A stretch of 64,000 bases of DNA from assembly GCA_038496445.1 (NCBI GenBank), contig JALMLS010000320.1, positions 345,290-409,289 of the forward strand, in the 5' to 3' direction. A model generated the notes under the pieces. The model was not told where the DNA came from. It searched no databases and was given only the letters and a program-made list of their open reading frames with translations. This DNA comes from Trichosphaerium sp. ATCC 40318 (lineage: Eukaryota > Protista > Tubulinea). The first letter of the stretch is position 1, and each line of letters begins with the position of its first letter. Below, in pieces: positions 1 to 12,700 of the stretch. Position numbers and translations under genes: made by a program.

Positions 1-98
1 CAGCAAACACAAACAACAGAGCCCATAGTTTCAGTATCAGTGACATCATATAGTAGTACGTGCTCTATTATTTCAACTGGGAGATCTGTTAACGCCAT
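1..98 (-). CDS. F-box protein, 5' end (runs off window start)
   Basis: ATG at 98 (minus) reads MALTDLPVEIIEHVLLYDVTDTETMGSVVCVC, an F-box-like LxDLPxEIxxxI motif; not in ORF track. Confidence 0.7.
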   Translation of the reverse strand, partial: MALTDLPVEIIEHVLLYDVTDTETMGSVVCVC

Positions 99-515
99 TT
101 CCGCTGTATTTGATTCCATTTAGCCTCAGAATTAATACTTTACGCCCAAATAGCCTGTTTCTGTATCAATCGCCTACGCAATTCGTAAGCAAACGCGTTT
201 CTCAACAAATAGCTGAAAATACTGTCCAACCTTTTTACGATGATCTAGATGATGTTTTGAACGACAGGAAGCGTTTTGTAGTTGATTTGCGTTCAATAGC
301 GCCAAGTACGTTCGAAATAGATGGAGTTTTCGTTAGTTATGGTAAGGTTTTTCAAAACTCGTCAAAGACAACCTATTTTTAGGTTTGAAATCACGTGATA
401 GTTTAAGAGTGTTGGCGTACAATATTATGACTATTTTTAAGAGTTTCATGTGGTAATAAGCCTTTGGCGCAGTGGGTGTTAAGATGCGACATATAAGGTA
501 AGCTTGGTGTTCACG

Positions 516-1644
516 CTATTTATTTTCTTTGGAGTCACTTTTTTTTTTTCTGTTTTCGATTATGTTACCTTTAATGTCCAATAATTTTTGCTCTCCCTTG
601 ATTTTACCATTCTTATAAGTATAGTTTACCTTTAACATAATTTTGTTGTTGTTTATGTTGATTATTCTGATACCATTTACTAGTCTATCTTCAACATAAT
701 TGCATTGTGATCCAACATGGCTATTCTCATACCACTTACACTCGCCATGTTTTTTACCATTATTATAGTTTAGATGCGCTTTGGGCTGACCGTTCTCATA
801 CCACGATTTACATTCACCGTGCCTGTTGTCATTGAAATAATTCAAATGAAGTTTGAGCTGACCATTTTGAAACCACATTTTATAATCGCCTTGCAGTTTA
901 CCTTTAACATACCGACAAAATTCTTTTAATTGGCCATTGTCATACCACTCAGAACATTCACCTTCAGCTATTCCTTTTTTATAATTGTCGTAATACTCCA
1001 CTTTTCCGTTGTCATGCCACGTTATCCTGGGACCTGTTATTTCATTATTCTCATTCAACCAATGCCTACTAATTGTGTATCCATTTTTTGTTATATTTAC
1101 AGGTGTAAATTCTACACTAAGTAAGCAAGCTATCTTTGCAGAAACAATCTAGTACTAGTACGTACCTTCAACTGGACGAAAATCACCCATTTGTCTTCGC
1201 GAAGCACCATAGAACTCAAGATCGTTGTGCTCAAACACAGGCTATTACACTTTATCAACAACCATTTTTAACAAGAATGACTTGAAAAAATTGTGGTTTT
1301 ACGTACTGTAGAGTGTTGAAACGCTGGAGACTTATCTGTCGAACAAAACCCAATATTTCGTATTTTTACCATTGAAAACGCATCCAAACTTCGATATGTA
1401 TTGATCAACTGGCGTCTAGAAAGCGAACGCTTGCCTACATAAAAACGTAAACACTTATTTAGAATATGAACTCACAAAATCAAAGTGTAGAAACGGTAGT
1501 CTGACTTACAATTGAATATGGAGTACTGCTTGCTTCTAGTGCTTCTAGAACTTGTGGTTGGCAAGAATGTATTTGGTTTGCCTGTATTCAAAGGCTCATT
1601 GCGTTTAAATTGCGGATTACTTGTTGTAAAGGTATTTCTTGCGC
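516..1644 (-). CDS. MORN-variant repeat protein (spliced; further upstream exons likely up to ~2630)
   Basis: Last exon has repeated G.cK.WyeNGqlK units; in-frame GT-AG splicing traced to upstream exons (PVFEHNDLEFYG..., CKRSLSRRQL..., ARNTFTTSNP...). Confidence 0.7.
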
Positions 1645-3264
1645 CTAGAGTACGTTGTTAGCATCTTACAACATACACACTTTTTGAGTTCATTTCTTTG
1701 CAGTGCTAATCAAAATACGGAGAATACCTCGTAGCATTTTAATCACGTGTTGTTGTGGTTTTTATTGTACAATCTTCATCTTTTAGTGACCAATTCTTGA
1801 CTTTCAATGAATGTGTGAGTAAGTTAAATAAAAGTGTAAACTGAGGTAAACTTTGCCACTGACAGGCTATGGCAATCGCGACTTACAAACGCTAGATAGA
1901 GATACTATCTACACGGTCCGAACTCTTAACTGTAGGGTGAAACTTGCTTGGTATTAAAAATTACTCACGCAATATTACAAAGGAGATTAAATCTCGGTAT
2001 TGCGTCATGCCGAACATCGAATACAACATTTGTTTTTAACTTGTCAATATCATATTCAGTGTACACATCCTAGTCTCATTCCTGATTACTTCTGGCACGT
2101 TGGTAGTGGCATTACATAGATCTCCGAACAAGCGAAAATGTACTAAGGTCGAACCTACTCCTGCGAAGATAAAGTTGTGTTTCGAAACAAAAAAAGGTAT
2201 TTTCTAAAGCTGCCTTCCTTGGCATTTTAGTGTCAACCCTAGACAAATTTGTACTCCCGCAGTACTACCAATGTCACAATCTTCAGACAACGGAGTACAC
2301 AAGAAGACAAAATTGTTCTTTATGAATCTTCAACACAACTTCCGATGATTTCGTCATGGTTGTTGTTAAAACTATCATCAACACTTCCTATATCCTTTCG
2401 ACACTCACCCGAATGCGTTTAAACAGTATTACGCTATTCCGAGATAGACACGTGATACCTGAGCGCTAACACGTGATTTAGCGTCGTAGATACCGTAGGA
2501 ACAATATAAGTGGTATTCTAATCCTTTGCCTGCACGTGCTGCAAGGTTTGGTGTTTTTTGAAGCGATTGGCGTTTTATGACGCAAGGTTGGCTTTCACTA
2601 CCCAGACGCTGAACAATCATACATCAACATGTATAGTTTAAGCTTGCGGCACTATTATTGGCCGCGGTTTTGACTTATCCTATGCGTAACTTTGTGAGCT
2701 TACCAACATTTGGGAAGAAGTTTACCCGCTTGCTGATTGTAAGACTACAGAACCAAAACAGCAAGTTTTGATTTTTGGCAGTAGATGAAGATCCAAAATA
2801 ATAATTCTTGTAACGATCGCTTTAAAATATAATGATAGCATCACCATGGTTGTTTCAAAACTGCACTGACTTTTTTATACGCCACAACGATGAAGTGGTA
2901 TTTTCGAACTTTTAGAAAACAACACTTGCTTTAGTTACAGGTAACTCCATTATGTGAGTTTGGTAATCGTCGTTTAACAATCCAAACCTAGCCATAGGGT
3001 TCACGCTAAGACTCCGCTTATTTACCTTTTACGTGTTTTACGTCCGGAGAGTGGTGAACGAAAAAACGTGCATAAAATAAAATAACACCCAAACGATGAC
3101 ACAACAGATACAAGGTATAAAAAGTAGTGCCGAATAAAGCTACAATACTGTAGTATTTTATCATGCTTACAGCTGGCTTTGCCTTTTGCTTTAAACTGAA
3201 AAAAATGAGTCTCAAAGTCAAAACTTGGAAGATTGTTTAAAAACCGTTCGCCTTCTTTCTTCTT

Positions 3265-4633
3265 ATGTATGTAGGAGGTGATAAGTATAAGTTTGGTAAG
3301 ATTATTGGTGAAGGAGCTACTGCAGTTGTATACGAAGGAAAATGTTGCTGGAGCAAAAAACGATTCGCAATGAAAGTATTGAGGAAGAATCACGTGACAA
3401 ACTCTCCACGATTATTAAGAAAAGAAATAAAAGCACACAGTCTATTCTCACACCCAAATATTGCCAAACTTGAAGCAAGCTTCTTTATGCAAGGTAAGAG
3501 AGATGACAACGCTTAACGATTCGTTTTCTGTATTCTTCAAAACGCTACAGAAAAAGAAGAAGAAAAAAGAAAAAAATACCCAAGAATTTTTTTCCTACTT
3601 TTCCCTCGTTTTACCACAGCTTTTACTCTCTTTGGATTGCTGTTGAGTTTGTTTCACACTACACGTGATGTTTTCTTGTTAATTTACAACGTTTAGACCA
3701 ACTCGTTATTGTCATGGAGAAGGCTAAAGAAGACTTATTCGATGTCATTTCAAGACCTTCTTATAAGTGGAGCATAAAGAGAGTTAAATCTATTATACGA
3801 CAAGTAGCATGTGGTCTAGCGTGTATACATCGCAATGGATACATACATAGAGATATCAAGCTAGGTACGGAGCTTTTTTTAGCCCGAGAATTCACCAAAG
3901 TACAAAAAAGTTGTTTACCCAAATCATAAACAAGGCGTGACCCTTACAATTTCTTTGTTTAGAGAACATCCTCATATGTAAGAACGGTCTAGTAAAAATA
4001 ACAGATTTTGGTCTTGCGATAAAGACAAAAAACGCTCGGAATTGTAGAAAGAGTAAAGTAGGTGGCACTGTAGAGGTACGGACACCTTAAACGAACAAAC
4101 TCCATTGGATCTTTTTTTTTTTTTTGAACAAACTGAAACGTTTTACGTTCACGTTTTTTTAATCGGTTTTATCTAATATCACGTGTTAGTACATGCCTCC
4201 AGAATGTTTTTGTTCAAGAAAACCTGTATATAATGAAAAAGTTGATATATGGTCGCTTGGTATGCTTACACTGCGACTACTCACAAAAACATCACATGGG
4301 TTCAGAAAATATTTTAAAAAGAATGGAATTCCTCTTACAAATGAAGGTCGAATAGATTTTGTCAAGCTGGGCCAATTCTTTGATGATGATACCGTGGACT
4401 TTCTATCTAAAGTATTAGACGTCAGACCAAAGAAAAGACTTGCCGCTGTCGAATGTTTAACACACTGTTGGCTAAGTAGACCAACGCCTACTTTTCAATA
4501 CAAAAAAAAATCAAACAAAAAATCAATTGTAAAAAAGCTCAGAGGGGAAGCACTACATCGCGGAAAGAGACAGTTGAATCGAGTTTTATCTGTATCAGAC
4601 CTTATAAGATCAAATAAATTACGGCCAAGTTAA
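3265..4633 (+). CDS. Ser/Thr protein kinase (CAMK/Aurora-like), at least 4 exons
   Basis: GEGATAVV, AMK, HRDIKL|EN, TDFG, GGTVE|YMPPE, DIWSLG joined by GT-AG introns; exact start uncertain. Confidence 0.9.
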
Positions 4634-4940
4634 ATGCGAACGAGTTTTCGTTGGTTTTTTTCATACTATTTCTAGACTTGCTTCTGTACTCTGTTCCGTG
4701 CTAAATTTACCACTTTGTAGTTGTTAGTAGCTTGGTGTTATAAGGTTAAGTTGTTGTAATGAAAGGTGTGAATTGTTGAAGATGTAACAACTGTTGAATG
4801 ACTTCTATATCTCGTGTCAGGATTTCAGATGCTCAAAACACAAAGTGGTTGATTGTGAAGAATGTTTGGAATACGTGTTGATGAAGTATAATCCACGTGG
4901 ACGAAGGTGCAAGTTGTTTGATTTTACATTTATTAAACGT

Positions 4941-5918
4941 TTACTTGTTGAACCCAAACCAAGATTGTACACTTGAGAAGAAGGAAGGACGATTCTCTTC
5001 TTTTGGTACATTGGTAATAATTTTTACAGGAACTTCCTCTAATGCCGTCCTTCTTTTATGCATATATCTTCAGCTTTGCTTACCATTTTATCAAACATTT
5101 CGAAAACGCCTGTACCCTTTAAAACAAAAAGCAATCAGAGCAAGAACACTTTTTTTCTTGTTTTTTTCTCGTACTTCTTTTGCGCTCACTTCAAAGTATG
5201 AAACACCCCAAAAGTCTGCCAACTCACGTCCTTCTTTTGTAGATACCTCTCGTTTATCTTTCAAATCTATTTTGTTTCCTACAATGGCAATACAACATTG
5301 CTGATCGCTGGTTATCTCGAGTATCTTTTCATATCTGGCCAAGCTTTCAAAAGTGTATCGTTTGGTTACATCAAACACCACAAGTACTACATGGCTCCCT
5401 CTGACATAAGAACGCTCTATGTCTCTAATTAAATACTTAAACGTGAGGTAAAGATCTTACGGATGAGGGACAGACCACGCTCTCTTCCAGCAGTACTAAA
5501 CAACATTAAACAGTTGTTAAATATATCACCACATGCACAGCACGTGCTGGTTCTTATCAGTCTAAGAAGCTTATACGTACTCCCATATCTGTAGCTTGAT
5601 ATCTTTGACCACTTTCCCTCGTGTATGTCTAGAAAACTAAAGCAAAGTAGTTAAGATTATTTCATCAAAAACACAAGATGGCTCAGTAGGTATTTCACTG
5701 CGTACAAATTCGACACTCATTGTCATATCAGGTGTCTCCAAGAATGTATTTTCGATTTACCTTCTAATAATTGATGACTTACCCGTCTGTAGACCTACTG
5801 GACAGTCATATAACGGTGTTACGATGGCAAGTTTACCAGTGTCACCTAACAGTACTATTTTGGATATAACTGTCTTTTGTTTATGATTTCTTGGCGTATT
5901 TGGTGTTCCCTTTGGCAT
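4941..5918 (-). pseudogene. Rab-family small GTPase, probably disabled
   Basis: KIVLLGDT..GKSS, IKLQIWD|TAG, VGNKID, FEVSAK present; in-frame TAA at 5759-5757 (IIRR*IENTF), awkward P-loop splice and an apparent frameshift near 5065. Confidence 0.7.
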
Positions 5919-6274
5919 TCTTATTAGCTTTTTATTTGAAAAAACGGCTAGAAAATAACTGACTGAGAGTTGAACGTCTTCTATGTGATTTCTAAAATAC
6001 CCTAATTAAGAATGAGTCCCATACAGTTCTAACCTATTTTCAGGAAGTCTACCTTGCAGCGACGTCAAAAGGCGGTCCCGTGTACATATTGATAACGCGT
6101 TGCAGGTACACAAGTCAAAGAAAATTAATATATCACGTGGAACTCGCGACTCGTTTATCCTACGGACTTTACCAGCTAACATTTGGATAAGAGTTGAAAA
6201 CACGTGTTGTTTGTTGACCATTCATGAAAACTTGGTACGTTTTACCGCCAGAAAACAAAATTGTTTCTGGGAAG

Positions 6275-7758
6275 ATGCAGTACGCGAAGAGAAACTCTAC
6301 ATACTCTAACACCGTTAAATAGATTTCTGTACGCAATATTCGTAATAACGCTATTACACGCCTCCACAGCTTCAAGATGCTCTGGTAAAGCAAGCTGTCT
6401 TGGCTGTTTACAAAATAGCAGTTGTGTATGGTGCGTTGATTCTAGTGAGTGCCTACCTGGCCCAAACCCTTCGTGTTCTTGCTCTGGAAGCTGTAAAAAC
6501 TGCCTTCGACAAAAAGCAGCTGAATGTCCTGTTAATTACAAACAATGCTCAAACTATAAAAACTGCGAGGCTTGTGCTAAAGACAGCGCTTGTGGGTGGA
6601 GCTCTGAAGATGCAGTTTGTACTTGGGGTGATGTTAACGGCGCTTGCTATAGCTCACATGACGAGTCATGCTCAGGATCTGCGTCACGTGCTTATGCTTG
6701 GCAATATGGACAAAATGCGACTTGTCCAAAGTTTTTCGGGTCTTGTAGTCAGTATTTGGACTGTATGTCTTGTACACGTGATTCAGCATGTGGTTGGAAT
6801 GTAGAAGATCAAGTATGTACACCTGGAGATGCTAATGGAGCGTGTTTCAGTAGTAAAGATGATTCGTGTTCAGGCTCAGCATCACATCACTATTGGCAGT
6901 TTGTACGAACAATCTACAACACTTTCTATTGACAGCTTACATTTTAGGGCCCGTCAGCATTATGTCCAAGCAATTTCAGCACGTGATTTTTATTAAGGTA
7001 TTTTTCTAACGGTTAACAAGGTAAATGCGGTCAATACCTGAACTGTGGCGATTGTGTAAAAGATGTCGCTTGTGGATGGAATATCGAAGGCATACTTTTC
7101 TTAAGTTTGAACTCACAACTCACACGCTTGATAAGATAATATATGCACACCAGGAAATGATGATGGTGCATGTTTTTCATCCGAGGATGATACTTGCAGT
7201 GGATCAGGTACTAAAAAAGAAGCTATTAACTTCTAAATCCCTCCAGCATCTAAACGGTACTATTGGCAATTTGGCAAGTCGGCTATATGTCCTGAAAATA
7301 ATCAAGGTTGTTCACAATACGCTGATTGCGAGTCTTGTACTGCTGATACTGCCTGTGGATGGAATGTAGAAGGTACCAATGCAAATAGAAAGGTCCAATA
7401 CTAACGAATATTAAATAGATGTTATTTGTGTTCCTGGAGACGAAAATGGTGCTTGTCTTAGCTCTCAAGATGATAGTTGTAGTGGTATGGTTTATACAAA
7501 CATTACTAAAGTATTAGGCTTACAAATACATCAATAGGCTCTGCATCAAAGTACTTTTATTGGCAACGAGGAGCTTCTGCTATTTGTCCTAAAAATCATG
7601 GGACTTGTAACCAATACGACTCATGCTCAGAGTGTATTAATGATAAAGCTTGTGGATGGAATGGAGAAGATAGTGTTTGTACGCCTGGAGACGATAATGG
7701 AGCTTGTTTTAGTTCAGAAGATCCTTCTCCAAAACAATGGTTCTATACGACATGCTGA
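6275..7758 (+). CDS. Secreted Cys-rich protein with tandem PSI (plexin)-like repeats
   Basis: Hydrophobic N-terminus; about 6 repeats of C..Y..C..C..D.ACGW..ED.VCTPGD.NGAC; 6 short introns traced in frame, two of them GC-AG. Confidence 0.85.
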
Positions 7759-9700
7759 ACAAGATGTGTTTAATAAAAACAGAATCAAATGTTCACCTTT
7801 AATCCCAAGTCTGCAAACATATGTGACAACGAAGTGATCGTAATCATTCAATACCCTAACGCATAGTTTTTCATAGTGCCAACAGTGCTATGCGTAGGGG
7901 AAGGGAACAATGGGAATGTGTCTTGTACATTATAGTGAGAATCAGTTGGTAGCTGCAAATTGGGCTGGAACATAATTGTCTTATTCCGATGTTTGGGTAT
8001 GAGCTAGCTGTAGTGAATGGTCTGTAAATCATAGGAGACTATTTTGAATGTCTAACACAGGGCGTAAAACAGTTTCAGTAGGCTCACTGAGCCTGGTGAT
8101 AACCATTTCCGCAAGTATAACTTAAAAGTTGCAAAATAAAGAAAGAGTACAACAATGCACACACAATTGCTTAACAGAGCCAGAAGAACCGTTCAGATTT
8201 TGCTTGTGTCATCATCAATCACTGAGATCATCGATGCATATTCTGTACTTGAGGGTATTCTAATACCTCTAGGGTACAATCAGCTGGTCAAAAAACCAGG
8301 TAACTACTTTAAACTGTTTACATTCTTAGTGTACAAATCAGTTCTGAGGACAAGTTACAACTATTTTTTGGGCACCTTTCACTAAGTTCTATAATAGAAA
8401 AGCGGCTGCCAAACATAATATAAATGAATGGGACAATAACCAAAAAAAAAGCAGCCAGTGGAAAAGTCAAAAAGTAAATTGGCACAAACGGAAGGAGTGG
8501 TATAAAAATGGAGAACTGGTATGTGGCTTTACAAAGTCTTGTTTGACTAAATACCTATTTACCCTTTCTGTAGCTAGACATGATTTTGCTTAAAAGCCTC
8601 TACCAAAAAAAAGAAAGCGTAGCTGCAATGGGTTAACGACAATGATGAACGCCCAAAAAAGAAGCAGAAGCAGCATGCGAAAAAGCCGAAAAAGAAGCAG
8701 CCGGCAAAAAAGCCAAAATTAAAACATGGAAGGTAGGTGGAAGAAAAAGTAAGAAAACACCACAAGGTTGCTGTGTTGTATTCCTCTTGCTTTCAGAGAT
8801 CATTTTTATATTGTCTTCTTCCACCTATATACCTTGTTGTAGCTGATAATGCATTAGCTTTGAGACGTCATGCGGCCATTGGGTAAAGTACAAAAAATAC
8901 TTTCATGGAGAGAGTACTAACTATGTGCCCAAGACACATCCACTATGATCTTCTGCCTGGAGTTCTTTCGTCTAGAGGATATCCTACTCCCAACAAGCTG
9001 TAGCATGTAGATCAATAAAGCAAACCCTAAGATACGAGTGCCGTACCTTCATAGCATTGTACTAATATAGTACGCATAGTTTCATATCGTGAAGAGTTGC
9101 TGTTGTTATTAGATGAGCGGATAGAATTGTTACAATTATCACGCTTACACGTTTCACGTGTGAATCCTAAATCTAGGGTTGCACTCACAAATTACGAGTG
9201 TTGACCAAACCCCATGTTGAGAACCTTGTAAACGTGAACAACTACTTTAGAATATGCAACGTGAATCCTTTCATACAAAACACTGCCCAACCTACCTGTT
9301 CTTATTTTGCTTAGATAATACACTACCAAAAAATGTAATTGTGCTACACGTGAGTTTTTTTGTGCTGTGAACTTATGGTAAAATCGTTTTGACAAGTTTA
9401 ATCCAACATACGTTTTCACAAATCTCGTGAAATATAACACATCTCATTAGGTAGTACTACACATATTACTGCCCCGAACATAAACAGAAATTGTCAAAAG
9501 AAATGAGACATTATTTTGTACAACATTGAACATTGTAGTTAGTTCTTAGATCCAACGTAACCTATCCAACAATAATCTAAGCAGTATCTCATTTCTGCCT
9601 TTGGAAAACGATTTAATTGGAGTATACTAGCGCATAGTTTATTATTTTGTTTGTATGTACAATAAATGTTTGTGTTCGTGATGTATGTTTTAGTTATGTA

Positions 9701-12700
9701 TTATTTTGTGTTTTCTGCTGATGAAGACTTACTATCAGGTACATCCCAAACGTATTTTTGTATAGGATGCCATGGCTCAGGTAGTTTTTCAGCATCAACA
9801 AGGACTGTATTAACATCAAGAACTTCCGATCCTGAAATCTTAAAAAGAAAAAGGTAACCACCTGGAGAAGGAGGTGCATGAAAAGAAAATACAAATGTCC
9901 CATCTTCTTTATCGTACACACCTACAAAAAAAACATGTTAACAAAAAGAACACGGAAAAGACAAGCCCAAAAATGGAGAAACAGTGTCACTGAGAAAAGA
10001 AAAAAAAAAAAAAACAATAACAATAATCAAAACAACATATCACCAGCAACCAAGTTTGTGTTTGGCGTACATTAAATACTAATGGTTCTGAGGGGAAAAA
10101 AATCTAGTATTAACAACGCAAATATACAAACCTCACAAAGCATGCAGAACCGACAAACCAGAAATTTTTGGGAAAGCAAAAGAAAAAAAAATTTAAACAG
10201 TTGCAACAAACGTACCCAATACACGCTGTACTTTGCTTGGTTTTGGGAAAATACAAAAAATATCCAAGCTAGTTGATGTTCCTTCAGGTACAGAGTCTGC
10301 TGCATTATTCTTATCATCATGTAATGTAGCTCTAATCGAATGTGTATCATCTGAACTCATAGATCTTGGAAGATTTAAAGGAACCAACTTTACAGGTTCA
10401 GCTGCAGGTACAATCATCCTCGCTGGTGATCCAGAAACATTTGTACCATCTATTTCAATATTTATATCACATTCACCAGCCCATTGCCTTGCTTTAACCT
10501 CAACTAAAGCTTTCTTTTCATCCTTCTCAATGACCTTTGTGACAATGTGTGGATTTGATGATTTTACTGTAAGTTTTGATTCGTCCAAGTTAAGTAATGA
10601 TTCACCATCAGGTTTGATTGATATATATTGTGTTCCTGAATCTTTAACATCTTCCTTGCTTTTTTCAAACTCATAACCATATCCTGTACGAAAAAAAATA
10701 CATAAGAAACAAACAAAAAAAAATGCAAATCTTACGTTTAACTGTGAGCGTTTTTGCACAATCTTTGAAACGTTGTTTGTTATTAAGAATGTAGTCTTCT
10801 GTTCCTACTTTCATTGCTCTCAGTAGACTCTCATCTGATGCACTTAGATCCATATCACCTATACTTTTCGTTAGACAAAGAGGACTTGTAACGCTTGGTT
10901 AAACAATCACGTGCCTAATCCTCGTTCTGGGTTGAAACGATAATAGTAAGCACTTGGATGGTGTTTTTTTAGATACCAGTCTGATCGTAAGTGAATACTC
11001 TCAGTGTTTGTTGAATGAACGTATAGTAGTCTTGCTATATCTGTAAAGCTTGTTTTGTAATTATATTGATAAGAAGCAACACCTAAAGGGAGGTAAGTAC
11101 ACACGAATATATCTACTACAAGAAAGGCTTGCCTGCGCCAAGGGATACAACACAATCTATTGGTTTATCAGGCCATATTGTGGTAGCTTTTTGGAGCGCG
11201 ATAAGAACTACAAACGATGAGATACGCTCACAAGCTTAGAGAGAAGTTTTGTCTTTAAAACTTCAATGTACCAGGATTGTTCTCTAGAATACCACCATCA
11301 ATCAATTCGCGATCATTCCAAGTCATAGGCTTAAAGTATCCAGGTGCAGCAGACGTTGCTCGCGCTAGAAAAAGAGGAAATCATAAGCAAACGAGAACAA
11401 GTGAGCAATACCAAGAGCGTACCTGCTTCCCATAATTTGGCCTCTGCTGTAGTAGAATCAGCCCGAAAGTTATGAAATATAAACGGTAGAGATACATTAC
11501 TATTATTAGCACTAACAACAAGCACCTAATCCGCGAAGAAAGCGAGTTTAGAAAAATATACACACTTTGTAATTCAAAAAAAAAAATCGAAGGCGTGCTA
11601 GCTCACTCACCTTTGGTGAAGTCTCATTTTCATGCATCATCGTAGTGTCTTCTCCAAGGTATGTTTTAAAAATCTTTGTTAAATTGTCTGTATCGAAAGC
11701 AGGTTGCTGGTAAAGCATTGATGTAAGAGGTTGCGTAATCGCCTCAAAATACGTTTTCTAGAAGAAATGTCACTTGTTGACACGGCATTTGTTTAAAGGT
11801 CCTTACCGCTGGGAAAACCTTCTCAGCAAGGTCTAGGTATAGTTTTTCGCATGTAGAAGTATCTGCCTTGCATACACCTAGAAGTAGAGCTAAAATCCCT
11901 CCAGTACTTGCTCCCGCTATTATATCGAACATTTCGTGTATCTAAGCTATAATTAAGCATAGACAGACATGAAACGGGGTTTTTAGAGCGAAATTGCAAA
12001 TATAAATTGTATCCGTTATTGGCGTTCCGAGCGTTCTAATTTAGTGATTTTAGATACCTTTTGACCCGTTTGGCGCTCCAGATGACGTAGCATGATGATT
12101 TCCATGAGTCCTTTTACCCCGCCGCCATCAAGCGCTAAAATCCTCAATCCGCCTCTCTTTGAGACATCTCTGATTGGATAAACGCTACAAGTGTAAATTA
12201 GCGACCCAAACCTAAAGAACTCACAAATCGTACTCTGTATTACCGACAACGTCTTGCTTGCGCACAGTAGTACAATATGTGCGACGCACCGACCTTTTTA
12301 CTCTTGTAGGCCGTTGTGACACGCAAAAGCGTGACGCGCTGAATTTAGATAGCATAGTCGTTATAGTACGTTACAATTAAACACAATGGCGGTGAACTAG
12401 ACAACCAAATTCAACCTTAGCAAGTTCATCAAAAAACATTTTCCCAAAGTACTGTTTTTAGCCACTGAGTCTTTTCCCGTGTAAGGAACGTTACCTTGTA
12501 TCTAGTAAATGCATCCAGTTCTTAAGGCGAGGGTAAGATAATGCACAATAAACCCAAGTAGGATTTGTAGGCCAAGTTTTTTTGAAGTTTTGTTTGTTAT
12601 CAATACACGTGTTTTTTAGATTTTATTGTACATTTTTTAAGCGTTCTTCACGCCTTATTGGAATAATAGATACACTTATAGACCGTTGTAAATTTCGTCT

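Noticed and set aside
8574-9440. Possible spliced gene on the minus strand
   Set aside because: Splice-like signals are present but no consistent frame or motif could be assembled
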